Positions 29,560 through 41,670 of a stretch of 64,000 nt of DNA are shown piece after piece. Below the pieces are notes generated by a model. It saw only the letters and a program-made list of their open reading frames with translations, ran no database searches and was not told where the DNA came from. Where the stretch lies: the NCBI GenBank assembly GCA_047967505.1, contig CM106538.1; one strand, written 5' to 3'. Within the stretch, counting starts at the first letter, position 1; the number at the start of each line of letters is the position of its first letter. The position numbers and the translations under genes were made by a program. This stretch comes from Dipteris shenzhenensis (taxonomy: Eukaryota).

Positions 29560-30293
29560 CAAAGTGGATAAAGTGTGTTTGAAAGAACATTTGAATGGGC
29601 TCAAGGACAATTCTACTACATGATGTTATTGCAAGCTTCTACTACATTGATTCTGAGCATGTACAGTTTGAATCTCCAAAGGTTCTCCCACTTGTGTACC
29701 TTTTGGACACAACAAAACTTGACCACTTTAAAGTGGAAAAAGAGTACCACCTTACCCTATATATAACCTTCTACATAACATTTCCCTATATTTATAACCT
29801 TCTACATTTAAAATGATAAGAAGCACAAAAATTTATTCATATAACATTGCTTTATGTTACACCATGAATGATTATAATTACTTGTAAAGGAACATTGAGT
29901 TTGGTTTGATGGCATAGCCTCCCAATTCAAAGCATGTAGACCTTTGTAGTTCACTATTCATGTCCATGTCTATTAGTCTCACTAGCTTGTGCATGATTTG
30001 GAACTTTCTTAGACCTGGACATGGCAAGGGAGAGCACAATAGTGCAAGGGCCATTGTAAATAGAATGTTGACTCATAAAGATATAAAGCAAGGTGGTGCA
30101 AAGCTATAACGTGCTAGTGATGTTGTGACATTCCTACAGGCTAGCATAAAATGGAGGCTGACACTTTATATCTCCTAAAAGGCAGAGATTTTGAATGCTT
30201 TTTCTAGGAAGTAAAAGAACAAAATGTGAATAGAGATGTCTTATGGAGCTATGATTCCATTCCTAACACTCTTTCCCTTCATTTTGTTAATGG
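29560..30293 (+). pseudogene. Sola2-like transposase relic, 5' part (target of the 14.8-kb insertion)
   Basis: VWFDGIASQFKACR (about 29900) and WNFLRPGHGKGEHNSARAIV (about 30000-30060), i.e. degenerate SDGxxxQFK and GHGKGxxDG motifs. Confidence 0.7.
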
Positions 30294-31111
30294 AACACAC
30301 TATTCAAAATTTTTGGACTTGTGTAAAGTCCAATTTGAGAAATGGACTAAAAAACAGTCCAAAAATTTTGAATATACTAGTAATGTTGTTTTTTAACTAG
30401 ATTTGCCAACTCAAAACAAAAGATTTAATGATTTTGAACTAGATTTGCCAACTCAAAACAAAAGATTTAATAATTAAGTACTAAGAACATCAATGCATAA
30501 CCAAATCTCTTACAAAGGGGTCTACATAAACATTTTCATAACTTCACAAAAATCAATGCATAACCAAATCTCTTACAAAGGGGTCTACATAAACATTTTC
30601 ATAACTTCACAAAAATCTCTTGCAAAGTGGTCTACATAAACATCTTCATAACTTCTTGTGAATTGAGCAACTATCACCTAAGAACATCAATACATGACCA
30701 ATAATAGATGACCAATTCTCTTACAAAGTGGTCTACATAAACATCTTCATAATCACGTAAGAACATCAATAGATGACCAATACATGACCAATTCTCTTGG
30801 AAAGGTGGTGTAAATAAACACCTTTATGTATAAGTGGTGTGCACACACCTTTATGACCATTTCTTTTAGAAAGGTGGTGTACATAAAGCCCTTAGAAAGG
30901 TAGTGTAGATAAATCCTTTTATGTGTAAGTAGTGTACATATACACCACACTTGGTATTAAAAAACACCATTAAGTATAAAATGGCCCTCATAAACAATCT
31001 TTATACATAATAATGAGAGTAAAGAAATAAAAAAAGTAGTAAACTTTTCATTAGATATTAGCTTTACATAGAAGTTCAAAACTTGTGATTACAAAGCCGT
31101 TAGCCAACATG

Positions 31112-34100
31112 TTACTCAGTACCAATGTCCTCAATGCCAGGCCCTTGACTACCAGGGTCGTGACTAATAGGCTGCTCTAAGACTGGAGTCTCAGTAGCAA
31201 GGTCCTTACTAGTTTGCTCTTCAGTTCCAAGCACCTGACTAGTAGGCTGCTCTAGAGTCTCATGACCAAGTTCTTGGTAAGTAGGGACCTGGCTACTAGG
31301 TTCCTGACTAGTAGGCTGCTCTGGAGTCTGTAAGGTCATGGTTGAAGAACCATCTATGCCTCCTGGTAACTCCTCCTGGTCATGCTTTGCCTCGTCCATA
31401 CCTTCTTTGAGTAAGGCTTCCTTGCTTGATCCACTTGCCTGTCCTTCACCCAAGATCGATCCACTTGCCTGTCCTTCATCCAAGATCAAGGGTGCCTTCC
31501 TCACTTTTAATTTTAAGGGAAGTGCTTCCACCTCTTTAGCCTTACCTTTACCTGTGACGTGCTGTACTACTGTAACTTCTTGTTGCCGTGAACCTTCCCG
31601 TATGATGAGTGGAACCTCCTTGACTCTAGTTGACAATTGATCACCCTTATTCTTTGTGCGGATTTCTTCTTGCCGTAAGTCATCGGATGCAGAGCTTTCA
31701 TCCTCATCATCACCTGAGCTAGAATCATCACCCTCAGACTCACTACCCTCTTCTTTGACATTTTCCTCCTCAAAGAAAGTAGTGCAACTGTAATATGTGT
31801 CAAAGAACTCAATTTGATGGGGGGTATCAATAACATTTACATTTTTACCTTGCCATAGCAATTTCTCAGCAGCAAAACCCATTCGATACAATGCTACTTC
31901 CCACCCATCATTCAATAAATTCTTTGTCATCTCTAGTATCACATCAGGATCCATCGGCTTTCTGTAATCCACCATTGCTGCATCAAGCTTAACCTTATGG
32001 TCCTCAAAGTAATGAAGCTCGAGAGTCCTTAAAGGAGTTTGGATTAGATTACCACCACCCCTCGATAAGAAGCACATCAAGAAAGGCTGCAAGACTTGAA
32101 TGGCAGTGCCTTCCAAGACAGTCATATGATTATGCAGGACTATACCATGGTATACTTTTGAAAGTAAATACCCAAATGAAGATGTCAAACTCGCATATAG
32201 GGCATCCCTTTGTGATTCTGTCACGAACAGGACCAACGTTGATCTTTTCTTATCTGCCATAGGACCTTCAACAATAAACCGCACAAGTTCAACTATCTGT
32301 GACACTGCAAGGTCTTGCAATTCATTTATGAAAAATACGCATGGCTTCTCCCAAGCATGACCGCTCATTGTTATGAAATGCTCCGTATCAATGCCATTGA
32401 TGTGTGCAAATTTTGTATCATTCTCTGATAGCAGGATATCATAAGAGAAGCTGAATGAAGAACCATCATCTAAACCACCAATTGCTCTACCTTGGGTACT
32501 GGACTGCAAGGCCTTTTTCTTAATGTCCATATATTCTGTCTCAACAACCTTTGGCATTTTAGCTCTTAGATCCTTTGTTGGTGTCGCATCTGCATCCATT
32601 GAAGCCAACCACTTTCTAGCCCATGTTTTATCAAGGAGTTAAGTGCTTTCTTCTTATCCACATCAATTGACTTGCCAGCTAACTCATCATCAGATTTCAA
32701 TAAAAATAATAGTGCCGAGAGAGCAGCCTCACTTTGAATCATTCGGGTGACCACTTCATCTAAGTTGCTATGCTTGCTCTTCTTTCCAAAGAAGCAGTCA
32801 CCACTTAGGATCTTCTTGCATACTTCTTTTGTTATTGCATCTGGAACAAACCTTAAAGCTCTCCACCAAACAATAGACATTGGTTTCTTTATTTCTTTCC
32901 TCTGAGTTGCAATGTGCTCTGGTGCCTCAAAGGTATCTTTCCTGTTTCATATGCTTGGCAAACATCCACGATGCTCTGAAACACTGATTCCTCACGGAAG
33001 ACAATGCAGGTAACATCCCTGTATCTTGCAACAGTGGTGTTCAAATCCTTTGCCTCAACCTTGTTACCTGGTATGCCTTGCGTATTGCTTACAACACCTT
33101 TCAAGCATCTATAGAACCGAGTCCTCTTTGTCATGTACTCCGATGTAGGTCTCCTGCCCTTCACTGTTTGTGGCTTTCCACAGCCCATCCATAACTCCCT
33201 TGCCTTTATCAAGATCTCAGAAAGAGAAGAGCTTTTTTTCAACCTAAATGGAGCAGAATTCAGCCTCTCTGATTCTAGAATGTACTTCGAGTCATCATTA
33301 AATATGCATATATGACAAATGACCCGTTGAAACTTTTCCATCCACTCAATCTGTGGCAAGTTTCCTTTTCTTCCCTCATCAAGGGCGATCCTGCAAGCCT
33401 CACAAAAGTGTTGCCCATCAATGGGCTCAAACCTACATCTTTCTAAGAATCTATTCTTTGCCAGCATGTATCTCTTCTCGATGTCACTCCCATATCGGCT
33501 TTGATACAAAGCCTCTCCACGAACAAAGTCACTCTTTCTAAAGTTCTCAAAAGCATCAAGAAAGTCCACACGCTTTTGAAATGTGACATCAGGCAATGTG
33601 GGATCATCTTCTTGAAGTCTCTTAAACGCCATAGGACGAAGAGTGATATTAGTGGCAACGAGAGTTCTTGTTTTCCTTGTATCTTCATACAATTTGCGTG
33701 CAAATATCTTATCGAGCTTTCTTTGATTTGTGAACAATGAAGCTCGATCAATAAGCATTGTGGCCACGCTGAATTGTGAAAATCCCCAAATGTATCCCTC
33801 ATCCTCTGGAGGATGTAAGTCCGCCACACTTATAGAAAAGTCTTCGAGACTTGTATCTTCTTCTTGCTGATCTTTCTCTTCATCGCTATCCAATTTTTCG
33901 CCAGGTTGTTTTAAATAGCCTGCACTTGAGCGATCTCCACGTGGAGTAGGAGTTATTTTTGCTCTCTTTCTAGGAATAGCTATAGCACTTGAGTCTACTC
34001 CACGATCACTCCTTCTTGTTCCTGTAGTTGCAGCAGTCGATGGCGTAGGTACAGTTGGAGATACTGTAGTTACACTTGTTGGAGTTATCGGAGTTACCGC

Positions 34101-34507
34101 CACAGATATTGACGGTACTTGAATAGATGGCATAATTAATGCTCTGAAGGTTCAACACCACCACTTGGAAATGCATCCCACATTTTCTTCAATGCTTCTA
34201 AGGCATTAAGTAATTCTTGGGATCCCTCAATTGAATCTGGTAACGGTTTCAAGAAGTGCTTCGGAGTAACTCGTAACTTGTAAACCACCTCGTCATTCTT
34301 TCCTTGGCACACAATTTCTATTAAATTGTTTTCTTTAATATTGATGTTTGATACCATGCCACCATTTCTTACTGCCTCTGCAGAATATTTCGGGCTTGAT
34401 ATGTTCTCTGAAGTGATCACCAAAAAATACTTTGATTTCCGCTCCATAAAATACCAAGCATGTTCAAGGTATTTGAAAGACACCTTGGAACCAAAACTGG
34501 AAGCCAT
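31112..34507 (-). pseudogene. Accessory gene: ParB/DGQHR-like domain plus degenerate beta-class DNA MTase-like region and acidic tail (frameshifted)
   Basis: Four abutting ORFs (34136-34507, 32889-34133, 32566-32880, 31112-32608). Motifs NQRKLD...ITLRP...FEPIDGQHF..AC...ERLN. Later RKPMDPDVILEMTKNLLNDGWEV..GFAAEKLLWQGKNVNVID. Confidence 0.6.
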
Positions 34508-34689
34508 GAAAGCTATAGTTTTCTGAAAAACAATCAAAAATAAAAAATGAGAAATACAATGATTTTCAAACTCAAAATATTAAATAAATTTTTAATTAAA
34601 TATTTTTTAAGTTTTATTTATTTTTAATTTTTAAAATAAAATATTTTTTTAAATTATTTTATTTTAATTAGTTAGTTTATTTTAATCAC

Positions 34690-36650
34690 CCACGCCCACC
34701 TCTTCCCTCCGCCCGCCCTCCTCCCCCTTGCTCCTTCCCCACACCCCTTCCCTTGCCCCTCCCCTTCCCTCTCCACACGTGTGTGTGCATGTGGTGAGGG
34801 AAGGGGAGGGGCAACGAAAGGAAGGAGCGGGGGCCGGGCGGGCGGAGGGAAGCGGAGGGGGGCGAGGGGTACCTGTTGCGTGCGCAACAGGTGGGGGCAT
34901 CGATGCCCCCCTCCCTTTCTCGCGCTCCCCCACCCCCCCTTCCCTCCGCCCCCAACCCCCCTCTCAACGCGCGCGCGGGGGCGTGGGGAGGATGGGGGTG
35001 TGCGAGGGTTGGAGGGGAGGGAACGGGGCGGAGGGGAGGGCACGTGCGGGCGGAGGGGAGAGGGACAGGCGCGCGGGGGGCGGGAAGGAGGGGTTGGGGG
35101 GGCGGAGGGGAGGGAAGGGGAAGGCAGGAGGGATGGGCGGATGGGAGGGAAGGGGGGCGGGTGGGGTGAAGCTCCCCACCTGTTGCAACAGGTTGGGGGG
35201 CGCCTCGCCCCCCTCCCCTTCCCCACACCCCGCCTCCCACAGCCCCCTCTCCCGGCACGCCCGCCCCCCCTCCGCCCTCGCCACGCCCCCCCGCGCCCCA
35301 CCCACGCCCCCCCTCCCCTCCCGCGCCCCCCACGCCACGCCCCCCCTTCCGTTCGGAAGGGGGGGGCGGGCCCCCTTCCGTACGGAAGGGGGGCGGGCGT
35401 GCGGTGGGGGGCGTGGGGAGGGCGGGAGGGGAGGGGGAAGCCCCCACCTGTTGCGCACGCAACAGGTGGGGGGGGCCGCCCCCCCACCTGTTGTGTGCGC
35501 AACAGGTGGGGGGGATCGACCCCCCACCTGTTGCGCATGCAACAGGTTGGGGGGCGCCCTCGCCCCCCTCCCCTTCCCCACCCCCCGCAGCCCCCCCTCC
35601 CGGCGCGCCCGCCCCCCCTCCGCCCTCGCGACGCCCCCCGCCCCACCCACGCCCCCCCTCCCCTCCTGCCCCCCCCACGCCCGGCCCTCCCGCCCTCCCC
35701 ACGCCCCCCCCGCGCGCGGTGGGGGGGCGTGGGGAGGGCGGGAGGGGAGGGGGGGCGGGCGCGAGGGGAGGGGGGGTGTGGGGAAGGGGAGGGGGAGCAA
35801 GGGCGCCCCCCCCACCTGTTGCGCACGCAACAGGTGGGTGGGTGGGTGGGGGGGGGCCGCCCCCCCACCCACCCACCTGTTGCGTGCGCAACAGGTGGGG
35901 GGGGGCGCCCTTGCCCCCCCTCCCCTTCCCCACACCCCCCCCTCCCCTCAGCCCCCAGCCCCCCTCCCGGCGCGCCTGCCCCGCCCTCGCCACGCCCCCA
36001 GCCCCCCCTCCCGGCACGCCCGCCCCCTCCCCTCCCCTCCTGCCCTCCCCACGCCCCCCCCGGTGCGCCCGTCCCCTTCCGACGACGGAAGGGGGCGGGC
36101 TCGCCGGCGGGGGGGGCATGGGGAGGGCGGGAGGGGGCAGGGGGTTGGGGGCGGAGGGAGGAAAGGGGGAGGCGGAGGGGGGGAGGGTGGGCGGGCGGCA
36201 GGGAGGGAGGGATGGGGGTGAGGGCGAAGGGAAGGGGGGGCTTGGGGGCGGAGGGGAGGAAAGGGGGAGGCGGAGGGGGGGAGGGGGGGAGGGCGGCAGG
36301 GACGGAGGGACGGAGGGGAGGGCGAAGGGAAGGGGGGGCAGAGGGTCAATGACAGGGCAGGAGGGGGGTGCGGCGGAGGGCGAGACGGAGGGAGGGAGGG
36401 GAGTGGGAAGGGCGGAGAAGAGGGAAGGGGGGCGGAGGGGGGTGGGAGCGGGGTAGCGACGACAGGGGAAGGGAAGGAAGGGGACGGAAGGAGGAGGGAG
36501 CAGGCAAGGGGAAGGGAAGGGGCCTTGGGGAGGGAGGAGAGGAGAAGGGGGAAGGGAAGGGAGGGGAGAAGCGGGAGGAGAGGGGAAGGGACGGGAAGGG
36601 GAGGGGAGAGAGGAAGTTGGAGAAGAGGGAGGGAGGGAGTACCTGAGTGG
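34690..36650. repeat. G/C-rich tract with ACCTGTTGC-N4-GCAACAGGT palindromes (predicted intron 34523-36642 of the minus gene)
   Basis: Palindromes at about 34871, 35446, 35486, 35526, 35814 and 35875, plus a collapsed copy at 35178. Donor CAG|GTAC at 36642 and acceptor TTTTTCAG at 34523 on the minus strand. Confidence 0.8.
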
Positions 36651-36719
36651 AGAGGTGGTGGAGCTCCAGGAGAGAGTTGTGAAAGAGAATAAGAGAGTTG
36701 TGAGACAGAATGAGGAGAA

Positions 36720-36830
36720 GTAGAGTTTTATAGGAAATGGATAGCTTTTAGGTCAAGTCAGTTTTTTTTAGTTTTTAAGGTTTTTTTAGTTCTTTTAGGT
36801 TCACTATAAGTAGAACATTCTTCATTCTCT
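36720..36830. promoter_or_regulatory. Putative compact bidirectional promoter
   Basis: CTATAAAA on the minus strand (36726-36733) and CTATAAG on the plus strand (about 36804-36810), between two short predicted first exons. Confidence 0.5.
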
Positions 36831-37009
36831 CTTTCATTCAAAGATCATTCGTTTACACTCCACGCTTCTCTCCTCTCATCAACCTGTTGCAGGATTCGCA
36901 AAAATTTTCAAAATGATGCAAGAGGTGAGTTGTTGCGTACGCAAGAAGTTCTAAGAATCAAGTTTTTATAAATTTGAATTTTTTTTCAAATCCGATCTTT
37001 TTCTAAAAA

Positions 37010-37560
37010 ACTTGTGTACGCAACAACTTAAAAAACCATTTTAGCATTAAATCTTTTTTTCCATAAATTTTTCTCTTTAACTCAAACTCTCACAACCCCT
37101 CCCTACCTATTGCATACGCAATAACTTCAAAACAAAATTTAACACTCAAACCCTACCTATTGCGTACGCAACAACTTCAAAACAAAATTTAATCATAAAT
37201 CTCTCAAAAAAACTCATCAACCAAAAAAAAAAATCTATTATAAATTTCTCTCTCAACCTCAAAGCCACTCAAACCTCCCTACCTATTGCGTACGCAACAA
37301 CTCCAAAACAAAATTCAATCATAAATCTCTCCAAAAAACTCCTTTTAAAAAAAAAAAAATCTATAACACATTTCTCTCTCAACCTCAAAAGCACTCAAAC
37401 CTCCCTACCTATTGCGTACGCAACAACTTCAAAACAAAATTTTACCACAAATCCTCCAAAAAACTCTTCTCACTACACGTTATTACAAATATCTCTATCA
37501 ATCTCAAAACCACTCAAATGTCCTACCTATTGCGTACGCAACAACTTCAAAACAAAATTC
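37010..37560. repeat. Repeats carrying CCTATTGCGTACGCAACAAC
   Basis: About 6 copies at about 37013, 37105, 37155, 37281, 37407 and 37525 in A/C-rich context. Confidence 0.85.
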
Positions 37561-38899
37561 AATCATAAATCTTTTCAAAAAACTCTTCTCACTACACTTT
37601 ATTAATATAAGAAATCCATTTATAATATTTTTACCCCATAATATAATAAATTAAATTTTTATTAACTAATGTTAAAATATAATTTTACTAAAAATATATA
37701 TTATTAATCTATAAATTAATATAAATATTATATAATTATTATATAAATAAATATATAAATACATTAATTTAAGAAAAAAATTGAAAGGAGATCTTCTAGC
37801 ATATGTGCTTTATATAATACTTAGTCTTAAAACAATGAAGAATTAGTGAATATATTGCTCTTCTATACATTATTAACTTAAAAACTAATATAAATATAAA
37901 TTAATTATTATATAAATTTAAATAAATATATAAATAATTAATATTATACATTAATAACATTTAAAATTATGTAGATTATATACTAATAACCTTTCAATTT
38001 TAAAAAGTAGTCAATAAAAGAATTAAATTAATTTTAAAATTTAGAAAATATTAAAATTTACACACTTACTTTTAGCATGTATGCTTTTATTCCATATGTA
38101 TAATACTTGTTAGTTAGTCAAAAAATGAAAAATTAGATAATGTATTTGTAAGGTAGTTATTTAAAACCATAGAATCTAGAAGACTACACTATCATTGCAT
38201 CCATATCATTTTTTTACTTTAGTAACCATCAGATATCCATGATTCCATGTGTATAATACTTGTTGGTTAGTCGAAAGAATGCAAAATTAGATAATGTATT
38301 TGTAAGGTAGGTATTTAAAACCATAGAATCTAGAAGACTACAGTATCATTGCATCCATATCATTTTTTTTTACTTTAGCAAGCACCAGATATCCATGGTA
38401 TCCATGATATGGAATACATATTTCTTAGAATGTCCATGATATGGAATATATATTTCTTCGAATATTTCTTATCAAATACTTTTTCATTTCTTCTCATACA
38501 CCATGCACTTCTTCCTAATCAGTGTGCATACATCACTTCTTCGAATCGGTGTGCTTTTAGCCTATGTACTTGTTACTAATCAGTAGGATGCTTTGAGTAG
38601 GTAGGCTTGTAACTACTTAAAGTAAAGCCTTTGCAAAGGATCGTACCTTTTGATACACCATGCAGCATGAATGTAAAAAAATATGAATCGGTGTGCTTTT
38701 AGCCTATGTGCTTGTCCCTAATCAGTAGGATACTTTGATCCTACTTTGACTAGGTAGACTTATACTTACTTAAAGTAAAGCCTTTGCAATGTATCATACC
38801 TATAAACAAAACACTTTGGAAAGCATATAACATATAGTCTATATATATCTAAACTAAATACTTTAGAATGCATATTTTATATAGTCTATATATCTTAAA

Positions 38900-40590
38900 T
38901 CTTACACCCTAAATCTTAAATCCTAAAGTTTCCTAAATCTTAGGTTATATAATCTAAGCTCTTAAACTTATATAATAGTTATAATTCCTAAACCTTAAAT
39001 CCTAATCCCTATAACTTAAATTCTAAAACCTAATTCTCAATTCTAAACCCTAGATTCTACACTCTAAGCTCATGATCTTATATACTAAACCTTAAAACCT
39101 AAATCCTAAACCCTAAAACAATAATCATAAACCCTAAAAGCTAAACCCTAAACCCTATATTTTTAACCCTAAATCCTAAACCCTAAACCCTAAAAATATA
39201 ATCATAAACACTAAACCCTAAACACTAAATCTTAAATCCTAAGCCCTAAATCCTTAACCCTAAATACTAAACCCTAAACCCTAACCCTAAAATACAATCA
39301 AAATTTTATGATTTTTCTCGATTTGTGCAACATGTTAGATATACCCCAACCTGTTGCTTAAGCAACAGGTTGGGGGTATATCCGACCTGTTGCACAAATC
39401 GAAAATTTTCTCGATTTATGCAACAGGTCGGATATACCCCCCAACCTATTGCTCAAGCAACAGGTTGGGGGATATACCCGCAACCTGTTGCTCAAGCAAC
39501 AGGTTGGGGGGTATATCCAACATGTTGCACAAATCCAAAAAATTCTTGATTTGTGCAACAGGTCGGATATACCCCCCAACCTGTTGCTCAAGCAACAGGT
39601 TGGGGAGTAACTCCAACATGTTGCACAAATCGAGAATTTTCTTGATTTGTGCAACAGGTTGGGGGTATATCCAACCTGTTGCACAAATCAAGAAAATTCT
39701 CGATTTGTGCAACATGTTGGAGTATATCCAACTTGATTCATGCAACAGGTTGGATATACCCCAACCTGTTGCTCAAGCAACAGGTTGGGGGGTATATCCA
39801 ACCTGTTGCACAAATCGAGAAAATTCTCGATTTGTGCAACAGGTAGGATATACCCCCCAACCTTGAGCAACAAGGTTGGGGGTATATCCAACCTGTTGCA
39901 CAAATCGAGAAAATTCTCGATTTGTGCAACAGGTTGGATATACCCCCCAACCTGTTGCTTAAGCAACAGGTTGCGGGTATATCCCCCAACCTGTTGCTTG
40001 AGCAACAGGTTGGGGGGTATATCCAACCTGTTGCACAAATCGAAAAAATTCTCGATTTGTGCAACAGGTAGGATATACCCCCAACCTTGAGCAACAAGGT
40101 TGGGGGTATATCCAACCTGTTGCACAAATCGAGAAAATTCTCGATTTGTGCAACAGGTTGGATATACCCCCCAACCTGTTGCTTAAGCAACAGGTTGCGG
40201 GTATATCCCCCAACCTGTTGCTTGAGCAACAGGTTGGGGGGTATATCCGACCTGTTGCACAAATCGAGAAAATTCTAGATTTGTGCAACAGGTCGGATAT
40301 ACCCCCCAACGTGTTGCTTGAGTTGGGGGTATATCTAACATGTTGCACAAATCGAGAAAAATCATAAAATTTTGATTGTATTTTAGGGTTAGGGTTTAGG
40401 GTTTAGTATTTAGGGTTAAGGATTTAGGGCTTAGGATTTAAGATTTAGTGTTTAGGGTTTAGTGTTTATGATTATATTTTTAGTGTTTAGGATTTAGGGT
40501 TTAAGAATTAAATGTTTAAAGTTTAGGATTTACGGTGGTTAAGATGTTTTGGTATTAATTATTTAAAGTTTAGGATGTAGGGTTTAGGTT
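38900..40590. repeat. Palindrome array flanked by inverted telomere-like (TAAACCC/GGGTTTA) repeats
   Basis: 39190-39350 and about 40322-40483 are near-exact reverse complements. The core 39320-40350 is built from CAACCTGTTGC/GCAACAGGTTG units. Confidence 0.92.
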
Positions 40591-41369
40591 AATGCCTTCT
40601 CTCCTAGTTTTGATATAGAAGTTATTAAGTAATAATAAGCTCAATGATTATTTATTAAATGTTCATTTTGAGTTGCTAATTTACTTTTATACATAAAACA
40701 GGTATTCACCCTAACAGAGGGTATGGATGTGGTGTTATATGAGAAGAATGAAGTGGTGGCTTTTGGACGAATTCATAGTCTTGATCCTATGAATGTGTGT
40801 CATTTTCAACGTTGTGGTGAGAGAAGATGTGTAGTGATAATCACCAATGTTGTAAATCCTGAAGTACATTTAAAATATCCACATGGAGACTTTGAAACAT
40901 TGGGAGATATCTTACAATGTGATATATTTGATATGCAAGCACACAGAACACTCTGGGACCAAGACGAAATTGTTCCAAAGACATACTTTCAAGATATCAA
41001 GAAAACTTATATCCAGGGGGAAAAAGTACAGATGTTATCTCGCTTCGGAGAAGTTTTAGCAATTGGCAACTTTAAGGGCTATGCTCAGAGTTTTCTCTGT
41101 ATAGTGGAGATAATTAAGTTGACTAGTGCAGGTGTCATTCAAAATGCAATGGATAGTACTTCACAATTAGACGTCCATAATACTACGTCTCAACTACAAG
41201 TTCATAGTACTTGTAAATGGGGGTTAGCTTTCTTGAAATCAAGTTTGCCCAAGACAGTTTCCTTCAATGTCATGGAAGACACAATAGAATATTATCAGAA
41301 GAAAAAGACTATAACACAAATGGGATCCAAATTGATAAGAAGCTATAGTAGTAATCAAGAGTATCATAG

Positions 41370-41670
41370 TGGCATGCTCACAGGTATCGAGGACATTATA
41401 GTAACAGATGTTGATGCAGAAAAGGTTTCTTGTGTTGCAAGTGACTCAAATATACTCACTGGTATAGAAGACTTGTCTTGTGTTGCAAGTGACTCGAACA
41501 GGCTCACTGGTATAGAAGACTTGTCATGTGTTGCAAGTGACTCGAACAGGCTCACTGGTATAGAAGATTTATCCTGTGTTGCAAGTGACTCAAACAGGCT
41601 CACTGGTATAGAAGACTTGTCTTGTGCTGCAAGTGACTCAAACATGCTTATTGATATAAAAGACAGAAGA
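41370..41670 (+). repeat. In-frame 48-bp coding minisatellite (LTGIEDLSCVASDSNR x about 4-5)
   Basis: Visible in the translation of ORF 40723-42459. Confidence 0.9.

Noticed and set aside
31112-34507. Bacterial or phage contamination explaining the ParB-like gene
   Set aside because: It is embedded in a eukaryotic transposon with a TSD, predicted introns and a basic NLS-like RKRAK, and there is no operon structure.
34672-36646. Overlapping 300-520 aa ORFs in most frames on both strands
   Set aside because: Artefact of extreme GC content; the region fits a predicted intron.
39320-40367. CRISPR-like array or repeat-protein ORFs
   Set aside because: No unique spacers, no cas genes and a eukaryotic context; the ORFs merely mirror the palindromic units.
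38900-40590. True telomere or chromosome-fusion site
   Set aside because: The repeats are degenerate, short and internal to a TIR/TSD-bounded element.
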